DNA from: Thermoproteota archaeon
GTDB taxonomy: Archaea; Korarchaeota; Korarchaeia; Korarchaeales; Korarchaeaceae
Reading direction: 5' to 3'
DNA: 64,000 nucleotides
Assembly: GCA_026986575.1 (NCBI GenBank)
Contig: JALSOH010000004.1
Coordinates: 512,001 to 576,000, forward strand
Under the pieces are notes generated by a model. That model saw only the letters and a program-made list of their open reading frames with translations. It had not been told where the DNA came from and searched no databases. The stretch's first letter is position 1. The number at the start of each line of letters is the position of its first letter. Positions 1 through 8,909 of this stretch are shown here, in pieces. Made by a program: the position numbers and the translations under genes.

Positions 1-660
1 TCCGGAGGCCAGCAGCAGAGGGTAGCCCTAGCTAGGGCGCTGGTGATAAATCCGAGGGTCCTCCTCTTTGACGAGCCGCTCAGCAACCTAGATGCTAAGC
101 TGAGGGTAGAGATGAGGGCCGAACTCAGAAGATTGCAGAGGGAACTCGGGATCACGGCCATCTACGTCACCCACGACCAAGAGGAGGCAATGAGCATATC
201 CGATCGAATAGCCGTGATGAATAGAGGCAGGATAATGCAGGTCGGCACGCCCAAGGAGATATACAAGAACCCGAAGAACGAGTTCGTCGCCAAGTTCATA
301 GGTCAGGGGACCTTCATCCTAGGGGAGGTCGTCACATATGGTGAGGAGCTGGAGGTAAGACTAGAGAGCGGTAAGGTGGTTAAAGCAGTTCCTTCCCACC
401 CTGACGTGAGATTGGAGGTTGGAGATAAGGCCCTAATCATGATAAGACCAGAGTCCTTCACTCTGGAGCCGGGTAAGGGGTATAACGAGTTCGAGGTGGA
501 GGTCTACCACATATCCTTCTTGGGCGACTCTCAGATGCTTCAGGCCAGCAATGAGGTTGAGAACTTCATAATAGAGGTAGATCCCGATCTGGAGATAAAT
601 GTGGGACAGAAGCTGAAGGTCTATGCCCCGCCGAAGCACACTCTCGCCGTCAAGCTTTGA
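1..660 (+). CDS. ABC transporter ATP-binding subunit (PotA/MalK-like, C-terminal TOBE), 5'-truncated by window edge
   Basis: Frame opens at base 1 with signature [14 protein letters not shown], then Walker [16 protein letters not shown] and H-loop YVTHDQEEA. Confidence 0.92.
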   Translation, partial: SGGQQQRVALARALVINPRVLLFDEPLSNLDAKLRVEMRAELRRLQRELGITAIYVTHDQEEAMSISDRIAVMNRGRIMQVGTPKEIYKNPKNEFVAKFIGQGTFILGEVVTYGEELEVRLESGKVVKAVPSHPDVRLEVGDKALIMIRPESFTLEPGKGYNEFEVEVYHISFLGDSQMLQASNEVENFIIEVDPDLEINVGQKLKVYAPPKHTLAVKL

Positions 661-1798
661 CCTTGAGGTCACTACCCTCCCCTTTTCTACCGTGCAGTCG
701 TATCATCACCCCTGCAGCTAGGCTGAGGATCGAGCCAGCTATCATGGTCTCCGTCAATCCGAGGAGACCCATGAGGGTGCCCCCCATGTAGTTCCCTACC
801 GCCTCCGATATGGAGCCAAGGGACGAGGGGACTGACACGGCCGAAGCCTTCTCTTCTGGGGCTAGCTCCATTGCCAACGCGTTTCTAGAGGAGTAGTGGA
901 AGGGAAATATGAGGATCACCATGAGCAGGGCAAGTAGCGTGAGATCCTCAATAAAAGAGGCGATCGAGAAGTAGGCGGAGTATACGAGACATGAGATGAG
1001 GAAACTCCGCATTCCCCCGAGCCTGTCCGTTAACTTGCCGTAAACCGGTCCGGTCAACGTGCCGAAGAGACCGGCTGCTGCTATCAAGAGGCCCATGAGC
1101 GAGTTAGATCTTCCCGAGGCTTCAAAGACCTTTATCGAGAAGGCCATGTAGAATACTGATATGGAGAGGCTCGCGGTGAGGAATATGGGAACGTATTTCT
1201 TGGTCCCGCCGGGGAATTTCAATTGGATGGTCCTCTTCAGGGCATTCTTGATGTCCAGAGGCCTGTAAGGTCCATCCTCAGCCAGCATGAAGAGGGGCAA
1301 GGACGGTAAAGCTACGAGCGCGGCGATGATAAGGACATTCCTTATCCCCAAAGCGTCGGCGAGCATGCCGCCTCTAGCCGTCCCTAGGGTAAATCCAAGC
1401 TCCGAGGCGGCGTAATACTCCCCAGAGGCAGTCCCAGCTTCCATCTCCGCGCTGAGGTATGCTATCATCACTGGTTCGTAGGCAGAGAGGAAGTACCACA
1501 GGGATATCACGGGGATCCAGAGGTCTATGGGAAGAAAGGCCATCGCCAAGAGCGACGTAACGGTGGAAATACCGCCCAGAAGGAAGAAGGGCCTCCTCAT
1601 TCCGGAGGAATCACTGAGAAATCCCAGAAATCTACTCCCCAAGAAGTAGGCTAGGGAGGGCAGGCTCCTAATGAGGGCATACGCGTAGAATCCTGCTTGA
1701 GCATAGGTTTCGAATGCCATGAACATGTAGCTCATGCTCCAAGCCAGCTCCAAGAGCAGTGTTCCCGCTAAGACGGGCAGTTCTCTCTTGTTGGACAT
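650..1798 (-). CDS. MFS transporter
   Basis: 382 aa with about 12 hydrophobic segments; motif-A-like [11 protein letters not shown] and GKLTDRLGG. Confidence 0.85.
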   Translation of the reverse strand: MSNKRELPVLAGTLLLELAWSMSYMFMAFETYAQAGFYAYALIRSLPSLAYFLGSRFLGFLSDSSGMRRPFFLLGGISTVTSLLAMAFLPIDLWIPVISLWYFLSAYEPVMIAYLSAEMEAGTASGEYYAASELGFTLGTARGGMLADALGIRNVLIIAALVALPSLPLFMLAEDGPYRPLDIKNALKRTIQLKFPGGTKKYVPIFLTASLSISVFYMAFSIKVFEASGRSNSLMGLLIAAAGLFGTLTGPVYGKLTDRLGGMRSFLISCLVYSAYFSIASFIEDLTLLALLMVILIFPFHYSSRNALAMELAPEEKASAVSVPSSLGSISEAVGNYMGGTLMGLLGLTETMIAGSILSLAAGVMIRLHGRKGEGSDLKVKA

Positions 1799-2063
1799 TC
1801 CCCTCTCCTCCCAGAGCTGAAGCCCTAAGCTGGTTACGGCCTTGGGAGGTTAATGCTTCCCCAATTTAACGCCATCGCCTAGAGAGGTGTTCGAGCGATC
1901 TCATAGGGTAATGCGCTCATCCTAAAACCCGGGCGTCACTTAATTAATCGAGGTAGCCTGCCCCAAGCCTTCAATATTGAATGTAAAATCTTCAACAAGA
2001 TATTCTCTAAGAAGGGAACCAAGTATCGGAGCGTGATTGGGAATAAAAGAAAAGAAGGGAAGT

Positions 2064-2735
2064 TTAGAGCTTCTTGTAGCAGAACCACCAGTCGTAGCAC
2101 TCGAACTCTCCGGCCTTGGCCTTCTCGAGCCTCTCCTTGGCGGTCTTCTCATCGCTGGCGGGGGGTATGATCACCTTGTCTCCTATGAGCTCGTTCTCGG
2201 GCCAGTTGGCCGGAGTGGCCACGCCGTTCTTGTCAGATGTCTGCAGAGCCTTCACGGCCCTGAGGATCTCGTCCATGTTCCTGCCTATCTCCTGCGGGTA
2301 GTAGAGTATCAGCCTGATCACGCCATTCGGGTCCACGACGAACACGGCCCTGACAGTGTTAGTGCCCTTACCCGGGTGTATGAGCCCGAGCTTGGCGGCG
2401 ACCTTCCCGAGATCGTCAGCTATTATCGGGAACTCTATCTTCACGCCCAGCTTCTCATCTATCCACTCGACCCACTTTATGTGGCTGAAGGTCTGGTCTA
2501 TGCTGAGGCCTATGAGTTCGACTCCGAGCTCCCTGAACTGATCGTACCTCTTCTGGAAGGCCACGAACTCGGTGGTGCAGACCGGGGTGAAGTCAGCAGG
2601 GTGGCTGAACAGGATGAACCACTTGCCCTTGTAGTGATCGGGGAGCTTTATCACGCCGTGAGTGGTCTTGACCTCCATCTCGGGGAACTTGTCGCCAAGC
2701 AGGGGCATCTTCGTTACCTCATCCATATATATCAC
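2064..2735 (-). CDS. Peroxiredoxin (archaeal Prx6 type)
   Basis: [15 protein letters not shown] peroxidatic motif, [10 protein letters not shown]-terminal CYDWWFC; true start may be the ATG at 2726. Confidence 0.95.
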   Translation of the reverse strand: MIYMDEVTKMPLLGDKFPEMEVKTTHGVIKLPDHYKGKWFILFSHPADFTPVCTTEFVAFQKRYDQFRELGVELIGLSIDQTFSHIKWVEWIDEKLGVKIEFPIIADDLGKVAAKLGLIHPGKGTNTVRAVFVVDPNGVIRLILYYPQEIGRNMDEILRAVKALQTSDKNGVATPANWPENELIGDKVIIPPASDEKTAKERLEKAKAGEFECYDWWFCYKKL

Positions 2736-2758
2736 CTCATCGACCTAACTTAGGCCAG

Positions 2759-2785
2759 TCTAACATTCTATTAGATATTTAAAAG
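2759..2785 (-). promoter_or_regulatory. Peroxiredoxin promoter: TATA box plus TCTAA-N7-TTAGA inverted repeat (candidate operator)
   Basis: Minus strand reads GAAAACTTTTAAATA (BRE/TATA) immediately followed by TCTAATAGAATGTTAGA. Confidence 0.5.
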
Positions 2786-2822
2786 TTTTCTGTTCGTAGT
2801 TCTAACTCTAAATCTAGCGTTA

Positions 2823-2984
2823 CTAAATCTTTAGTCTGCCTCCTATTGATACTTCCTTATCAGCACATACAAAGGAGGGAAAGCGGGGCATCAAGAGAGA
2901 CGAGATGAGGTTGAAGCGCTTAAACCATGGTGGTCCAATGCTTATAGTGAGGGACTTAACGATCTTCCACAACTTAATCCTCCT
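2823..2984 (-). pseudogene. Possible decayed PIN-domain remnant
   Basis: RFNL..SLDA (across a frame change) then SFVCADKE, resembling the C-terminal motifs of PIN proteins. Confidence 0.3.
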
Positions 2985-3221
2985 GATCCCAACAGGGCGA
3001 AGTTTCTCGTGGAGGAAATCGTTGTCCAAGGGTATTACAACGCTAAGGTGATCTCGAAGGCTGTTGAGATATGGAGGGACCTCAGGAAGGGTGGGGCTCC
3101 CATAGACGGCAAGGATCTGCTAATCGGGGCCACGGCGATAGCCAAGGAACTACCCTTGTGGACGTGTAATATCTGATATTTCGAGAGATTGGTCAAGTAT
3201 GAGTTAAGGTTGTGGAGATAG
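2985..3221 (+). pseudogene. vapC: Truncated vapC (PIN) copy, paralogous to 7615-7980
   Basis: DPNRAKFLVEEI...VISKAVEIWRDLRKGGAPIDGKDLLIGATAIAKELPLWTCNI*YFERLVKYELRLWR*; lacks the N-terminal half and has an internal TGA at 3174. Confidence 0.85.
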
Positions 3222-3310
3222 TACCCCGTTCAATACGGAGCCTCCCAAGTGGAGGACTGACCTCCTAATGAGTACCTCCAACTCAAGACTAGTTCCCTGC
3301 AATAACCGGC
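2985..3310 (+). repeat. Diverged direct repeat, copy 1 (copy 2 at 7744-8064)
   Basis: Colinear shared blocks such as AAGTTTCTCGTGGAGGAAAT, GGATCTGCTAATCGGGGCCACGGC and CCTCCCAAGTG; similarity extends about 85 bp past the vapC stop. Confidence 0.85.
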
Positions 3311-3383
3311 ATTAACACACGCTAGTCCATCGTTGACATTTAATTATCAAAAAGTATATAAATACTCGATATTAGAATATCAA

Positions 3384-4526
3384 GTGAAGCTCGAACCCTT
3401 CAATCCATGGTGGTACGACGACTCATGGGCTAGGCACGATCCTCATCTAGCTAAACTTTCCAGATCCAAATACAAGTGGAGACCCGATTGGTTAGACGGC
3501 ATCTCCTTGGAGCCCTTCTCCCTTAACTTCGTGCTGGGCCCGAGGCAGGTGGGGAAGACCACCGGACTGAAACTGCTAATAAAGGAGCTCATAGAACTAG
3601 GTAGGGAGCCGACCAAACTTGTCTACGTGAACTGCGATCTGATCGTTGATCTTAAGGAGTTGAGATCTGTCCTCTCCATCCTTCCGTCTAGGGAGAGTCT
3701 GGTAATACTAGATGAGGTCACGGGATTGGAGTACTGGTGGCGTGTGGTAAAGGGGCTCATTGATCAAGGCCTCTTCTCCAAGGGTGTCCTGATAGTGAGC
3801 GGATCCTCCTCCGTCAGGGTTCGTAGATACGCGGAGTCCTTCACGGGCAGGAGGGGGAAGGGCAGGAATGTCCAAGTCCTACCATTAAGCTTCAGGGAGT
3901 TCGTTGGCGTCAGGGGATACGGACTGAAGGAGTTAGAGAGGGCATTTGAAGACTACATCAGGCTGGGAGGTTTCCCCAGGTCCATAAATGAGGACTCAAC
4001 TTTCCTGCTGGAGCTCCCAGAGCAAGTAGATAAGGAATTGGCTAAGGTAGGGAGGAGCGCGAGGATAGCAGGGCAAATTATCCATCAGGTAATAGAGAAA
4101 GGACCCTCGGCCATGAGCTATAATTCGATAGCCAAGGAGATAGGTGTGTCCCATGTAACAGTAAGGGAGTACCTAGAGCTCCTCGAGGACCTCTTTATGG
4201 TGGGTGTGGCCTACTGGAGGCGGGGGAACAGGGTAGATTTCAAGAAAGAGAAGAAAATCTTCTTCAGAGATCCATCCATACCCAGAGCCTTCTATCAGAT
4301 CAGGGGTGAGGTGAAGAGAGAAGCTCTCTACGAGTGGGTGGTTCAGGAACACCTTTACAGGAAGTACGGAGAGATCTGCTACTACAGAGATGGTTATGAG
4401 ATAGATGCAATCTCAGGAGGGTTGAAGGTGGAAGTGAAAGCTGGGAAGAGCCATAGGAGGTATCCTAGGGGAATAATCGTGTTGGAGGCCGAGGACATAC
4501 CCTATTTCCTCTTCAAGATGGCATGA
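3384..4526 (+). CDS. AAA_14/DUF4143-family ATPase
   Basis: FNPWW N-terminus, Walker A GPRQVGKTT, ILDEV, SGSS, GGFP, KKIFFRDP, EID..VEVK; GTG at 3384 lies about 22 nt after TATA-like GTATATAAATA. Confidence 0.88.
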   Translation: MKLEPFNPWWYDDSWARHDPHLAKLSRSKYKWRPDWLDGISLEPFSLNFVLGPRQVGKTTGLKLLIKELIELGREPTKLVYVNCDLIVDLKELRSVLSILPSRESLVILDEVTGLEYWWRVVKGLIDQGLFSKGVLIVSGSSSVRVRRYAESFTGRRGKGRNVQVLPLSFREFVGVRGYGLKELERAFEDYIRLGGFPRSINEDSTFLLELPEQVDKELAKVGRSARIAGQIIHQVIEKGPSAMSYNSIAKEIGVSHVTVREYLELLEDLFMVGVAYWRRGNRVDFKKEKKIFFRDPSIPRAFYQIRGEVKREALYEWVVQEHLYRKYGEICYYRDGYEIDAISGGLKVEVKAGKSHRRYPRGIIVLEAEDIPYFLFKMA

Positions 4527-4708
4527 GCGAATGTCAGTCCTAAGAACAAGCGATCTCCCCCCCGTCCCCCCGAGGCCTAATTAAATTGAAAACTAGCGAG
4601 TCAGATACGCTTCAAACGCAAATACTCCTATCATTTTCGCGTGATCAATGAAATGGAGCAGTACTGGGATCCATATAATATCATGTAATATAGCAAACTT
4701 TGGAGGGG

Positions 4709-6010
4709 TCATCCTCTCCCTAACACTTTATCCACTTTTATGACGGATCCCTGCTTCAATGCCTCACTAAGTATGCTGTTAAGGTCCTCCCTTAAATCAG
4801 GATCTATCTTGGCGACAAAGGCCCCATTTACCTGAGGTCCCTGCACGAGACCGCAAACATACAGAGTTTCATTCCACATATAGATATCTCCAACAGCATT
4901 GTTCTCTTGCATATTCAAGAAAGTCTCCTCAACTAGCGAGTCCTCTCTTAGCAAATCTAGGAAACCAACCATAGAGTACCAACCAAAGTGATATAATCTA
5001 CCACTAAAGCTCCTCAGCCCACCCAGACATCCAAAACTGGTGGGTAACCCCGCGTATACTGGATTCTTGATTCTAGCGATGACCTTACCGTCCTTATCCG
5101 CGAATACGAGGGAACAATTGAAACTCCACACAGATAACACAATTTTGTCGTCCAGCGTAATAGCGCTAATTCCCCTTCCAACACTTCGGTTGATCAACCC
5201 CTTAGTATACTCTAAGCTACCATTGGAGTAGAACTTGGCCATTTCGATGACTCCGCTCTCGTTGGCGTTTCTTGATGCATCTACATTCCCTAGAGCCCCT
5301 CCTTTCCTTAGATCATACCAAAAGGCGTAAAGGTAATGTCCATCAGTCAATAGAATAGGAGGGCTTCCTTTATACAGATACTTCAGTTTTTCCATGGCAT
5401 CTCGACTCATTTCCGCTACAAAGTTCCTCTCATGGATCTTCCCCTTAATATCTACTCTGGCTAAATAGAGTCTGCTATCAACGAATTCAAGGGCATATAT
5501 CCACCCATCTATCTCAACAGCATCAGTAAAATTACCCGCTAGATTCCATACAGAATTTCCATTCCTATCAATTAGAACTAATTGGCTCGGACCAACCAGA
5601 AGGAACCCTCTATGGACAGGCTTGATACGCTTAGGCGATTCCCAGGGGACTAGCGTTAAATTCTCTACATGCAAGGAGTGATCCAGCGTAGATAAAATTA
5701 GGGTCTTGTTCACTTTGGTAGGGGTCACTAACTCTAAGAAGATTATAAACTTACCATCGCTGACTAAAAGAGTTTTACAATCCAATATCTTCTTTTTCCA
5801 TGTAAAAAAAGTAGCATTAATCTCCTTTCTAGACATATTTTGCATGCTTCGGGTGGTTGAGCCAGTCTGAGCAGAATTAGTCCGAGTTAGAGGTATACTG
5901 CTTGATGTTATTACCCTCTCACCCGGAAACTGAGATAGGAGAACTATGAGTATCAGAAACAATGCCAATGCCATTAGACCCAACGAAAGAGCTAACGGCT
6001 TAACTCTCAT
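4709..6010 (-). CDS. Membrane-anchored secreted hypothetical protein, possibly beta-propeller
   Basis: N-terminal hydrophobic helix, S/T-rich linker, repeated beta-strand/turn units (LIDRNGN, FADKDGK), several N-x-S/T sequons; AT-rich DNA. Confidence 0.65.
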   Translation of the reverse strand: MRVKPLALSLGLMALALFLILIVLLSQFPGERVITSSSIPLTRTNSAQTGSTTRSMQNMSRKEINATFFTWKKKILDCKTLLVSDGKFIIFLELVTPTKVNKTLILSTLDHSLHVENLTLVPWESPKRIKPVHRGFLLVGPSQLVLIDRNGNSVWNLAGNFTDAVEIDGWIYALEFVDSRLYLARVDIKGKIHERNFVAEMSRDAMEKLKYLYKGSPPILLTDGHYLYAFWYDLRKGGALGNVDASRNANESGVIEMAKFYSNGSLEYTKGLINRSVGRGISAITLDDKIVLSVWSFNCSLVFADKDGKVIARIKNPVYAGLPTSFGCLGGLRSFSGRLYHFGWYSMVGFLDLLREDSLVEETFLNMQENNAVGDIYMWNETLYVCGLVQGPQVNGAFVAKIDPDLREDLNSILSEALKQGSVIKVDKVLGRG

Positions 6011-6145
6011 ATCTATAACCCCATAACTCTCTGAACTTCCCAGAAATGTTATTGAAATACATAATTAATAAATGCAATTTACGCTAATCCTAAAAAAAAG
6101 GACGACTTATATCGTAAAATCTTTATAACAAGCATTCCAGCAAGT

Positions 6146-7105
6146 ATGAATCAAATATTCAACTATAGAGGCGATAATATGATCCATATGAGGCGAGTAA
6201 GTGGAATCTATAAGTACATTGTCGCCACAATCTTGGTTCTCCTAGTGCTCCCTCCAATACTTAGCATAACTGCGCAACCCAGTAACAAAGCTGATCAGGC
6301 GAGCAAGGGTCCTACACCAGAGGAAATGAAGAAAATGGACGAAATACTGAAGAAATTAGAGGAGGAAGACAGGGAGCGACCTCCGATATTCATCCCAGAG
6401 CCCAACGTATATGTGGGTACAGTTCATGAGGATCCTGAAGGGAATATACACTTAGGAAAAGGGAGGAAAATTACCGATGAAAATGGTAACTTCTTAACCT
6501 TGAGTAGCCATTCCACAGGCAAGGAATGTAATGTAGAATCCGATCATTATTGGGACTTTGACGGTAACGATATGTATGTGATAAATGGAAACCATATAGT
6601 ATTCAGAAAGGTAATGTCTGCTAACTTTGCCGGGACGTACTTTTCAGTCTTCGATGGGAAACGCTGCCTCAACTGCGACTCGGGGATACAAACCGTAAGT
6701 GATTACTGGTCCCCTGATACAGTTAAAGAATATGTTGAATCTCACTATCCAGAATATACTTGATTTCATATAAAGTACTTCATAAACTCTAGACTTGATG
6801 ACTACGTGTATAAGAACATAAAATATGTAAATATATACAAGCTCCATGGAGAGCTGTGGAGTGAGGCGAATTACTACAGAAGTGACAACAGATGGTACAA
6901 ATACGGTTATCCAGATATGTGGGGTGGAGGGGCATCGTACATTGTCGGCAAAAGGTTATTCGTCTCTGTAGGTTGCTACTACTACAACGACTTCTGGCCC
7001 TACTACTGGGACTACTATTACAGGAAATTTGGCCACCCATACATAATATATCTCTTCTCAAATTTTGGACACCAGTTCCTTATAAGGTACGTCACTAGAT
7101 GGTAA
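6146..7105 (+). pseudogene. Secreted Tyr/Trp/Cys-rich protein interrupted by one in-frame TGA (6761-6763)
   Basis: ORFs 6146-6763 and 6806-7105 share a frame, and the gap reads *FHIKYFINSRLDDYV with no other stop; signal-peptide-like N-terminus. Confidence 0.7.
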
Positions 7106-7206
7106 TTTTATGAAAGATATCTCTGCCTATCTCTCTTATTTTTTCTGAATATCTCCGGCTCTACTATCATTTAATCTCTCTTAACTCACTAATTGAAGGG
7201 GCGAAG

Positions 7207-7380
7207 ATGGGCTTAGATTCAATCAGGGTAATGGCCCTAATTGATAACACCACGCACTATGAGGTACCTATATTGGCGGAGAATGGAATCTCCCTCCTGC
7301 TGTAGATCCCGGAGTTGGATGTTACCGTGCTCGTTGATACCGATATCACAGGAGAAGCCTTGTTGAACAATGCTGCGCGC
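7207..7380 (+). pseudogene. N-terminal fragment of an MBL-fold metallo-hydrolase (MJ0448-like)
   Basis: MGLDSIRVMALIDNTTHYEVPILAENGISLLL*IPELDVTVLVDTDITGEALLNNA matches the family start (LxDN...AEHGLS...DTG...LLxN); TAG at 7303. Confidence 0.7.
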
Positions 7381-7429
7381 GAATGCAATTCCTCCCAAGA
7401 ATTATAAATTAGTAATTGGTAATTGTACC

Positions 7430-7636
7430 GTGCCAACCACCATTACCATCAGTAGGAGAACGAAGGATCTGCTGGCTAGATTGAAGAGGGATAAGACATG
7501 GGATGAATTCCTTACGGAGCTCGCTCATAACTACAGGAAGACGAAGGCCCGTAAGGCCCTAGAACAGCTGAGGAAGATAGAATTTGACTCTACTTACGAG
7601 GAGGTGAGGCTCAAATTACGATTGATGGAGTCCTGA
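7430..7636 (+). CDS. vapB: VapB-type antitoxin (RHH-like)
   Basis: GTG start MPTTITISRRTKDLLARLKRDKTWDEFLTELA, TATA-like ATTATAAATT about 25 nt upstream, overlaps a PIN gene. Confidence 0.75.
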   Translation: MPTTITISRRTKDLLARLKRDKTWDEFLTELAHNYRKTKARKALEQLRKIEFDSTYEEVRLKLRLMES

Positions 7637-7980
7637 TCGACACGGACATGCTCATCGAGGTCGACAGGGAGAGGGAGGACCTGCCTGATGCTCCATGTTT
7701 CATCTCTGTTGTGAGCTTATACGAGTTCGTGAGAGGCAAGGTGGATCCTTATAGGGCAAAGTTTCTCGTGGAGGAAATTTGCGGCGTGGTGCCCTTGGAT
7801 AACGAGGTGATCTCGAAAGCAGTTGAGATATGGAGAAGTCTCAGAAGTAGTGGGGTCCTTATAGATGACAGGGATCTGCTAATCGGGGCCACGGCAATAG
7901 CCAAGGGGCTGCCCCTGTGGACAGGAAATGCCAGACATTTCGAGAGGCTGGTCAGGTACGGGTTGAGGCTGTGGAGGTAG
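7615..7980 (+). CDS. vapC: VapC PIN-domain toxin with missing or non-canonical (ATT) start
   Basis: ITIDGVLIDTDMLIE...SVVSLYE...DDRDLLIGATA...LWTGNARHF; the first catalytic Asp lies upstream of the only ATG (7648). Confidence 0.8.
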   Translation: MTIDGVLIDTDMLIEVDREREDLPDAPCFISVVSLYEFVRGKVDPYRAKFLVEEICGVVPLDNEVISKAVEIWRSLRSSGVLIDDRDLLIGATAIAKGLPLWTGNARHFERLVRYGLRLWR

Positions 7981-8064
7981 GACCCCGCGCAATGCAGAAC
8001 CTCCCAAGTGAGGGGCTGAACCTCTCATAGGTACCGCCTAAGACCACCTCCTTACAATAGCAGC
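7744..8064 (+). repeat. Diverged direct repeat, copy 2 (copy 1 at 2985-3310)
   Basis: Same colinear blocks as copy 1. Confidence 0.85.
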
Positions 8065-8260
8065 TTTTTTCAGCCACTCGGGGCCTGAGAGTAGCTGTTC
8101 AAGCTCCTCTTGAGTAGTGGTACTAAGGAGTTGTAAAATGCCATGAAGCCGTGAGGCCTTCCCAGCCGTGTTGAGCAGGTAGTGTCTGCTGTGAATAGAC
8201 GTCGGACCCCTTAAGCCTGTCCTTTAATTTCTCCTGTCCTCGCTAAACTCATCAACTCAA

Positions 8261-8852
8261 ATCCCCTTATAATCGCCCATCCAGAGTTTTCTCGCCAAAA
8301 TACGCGATACTACAGTCCCTTGATCTTAATGAACTCACTTACACGGGTCCACAATACTCATTGAGTGATCTGGAGAGACATACTAGGGCCATCCTATCGA
8401 GGGATCCCATCCCCTTGGCGAAGGACATCATGACCGCAGGTGAGGTCCCTAGGGAGAACGACTTCGAGTTGGTGACGGGATTCTATAAGGTAGAGGATGG
8501 GAAGTTCGTGACAGACGACCTCCAAGATGATCAAGCCCTAGTGGTTAAGATGAGGGACGGGCTGGTGATCCTGCTGGGTTGTGGCCATAGTGGAGTGGTG
8601 AACACGATAGCGAGGGCCATCTCCCTCACGGGGGAGGATAGGATAAAGGCTATCATAGGAGGATTCCACCTGATCGACGCCAGTGACGAGAGGATAGAGA
8701 GGACAGTCGAGGCTTTGAGAGAGTACAATCCGGAGATACTCGTTCCAATGCACTGCACCAGTTTCAGGGCCAAATCCAAACTTGCGTCTCAGCTGAGGGA
8801 CAGTTTCAGGGAGTTGTACGCTGGGGAGAGCTTAGAGATATCCTCCCACTGA
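8261..8852 (+). pseudogene. C-terminal portion of an MBL-fold metallo-hydrolase (MJ0448-like)
   Basis: Frameshifted IPLIIAHPE..FSPKY, then open DDQALVV, LLGCGHSGVVNT, IGGFHL, PMHCT; the central HxHxDH segment is absent. Confidence 0.75.
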
Positions 8853-8909
8853 CTCGAACCCACCGACAGCTAGTTTAATATCTGTCCTGATACGGCGCTC
8901 GGGGGTAGC

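Noticed and set aside
2037-2753. 238-aa plus-strand ORF
   Set aside because: Antisense shadow of the peroxiredoxin with no motifs; the same applies to most short overlapping ORFs in the track
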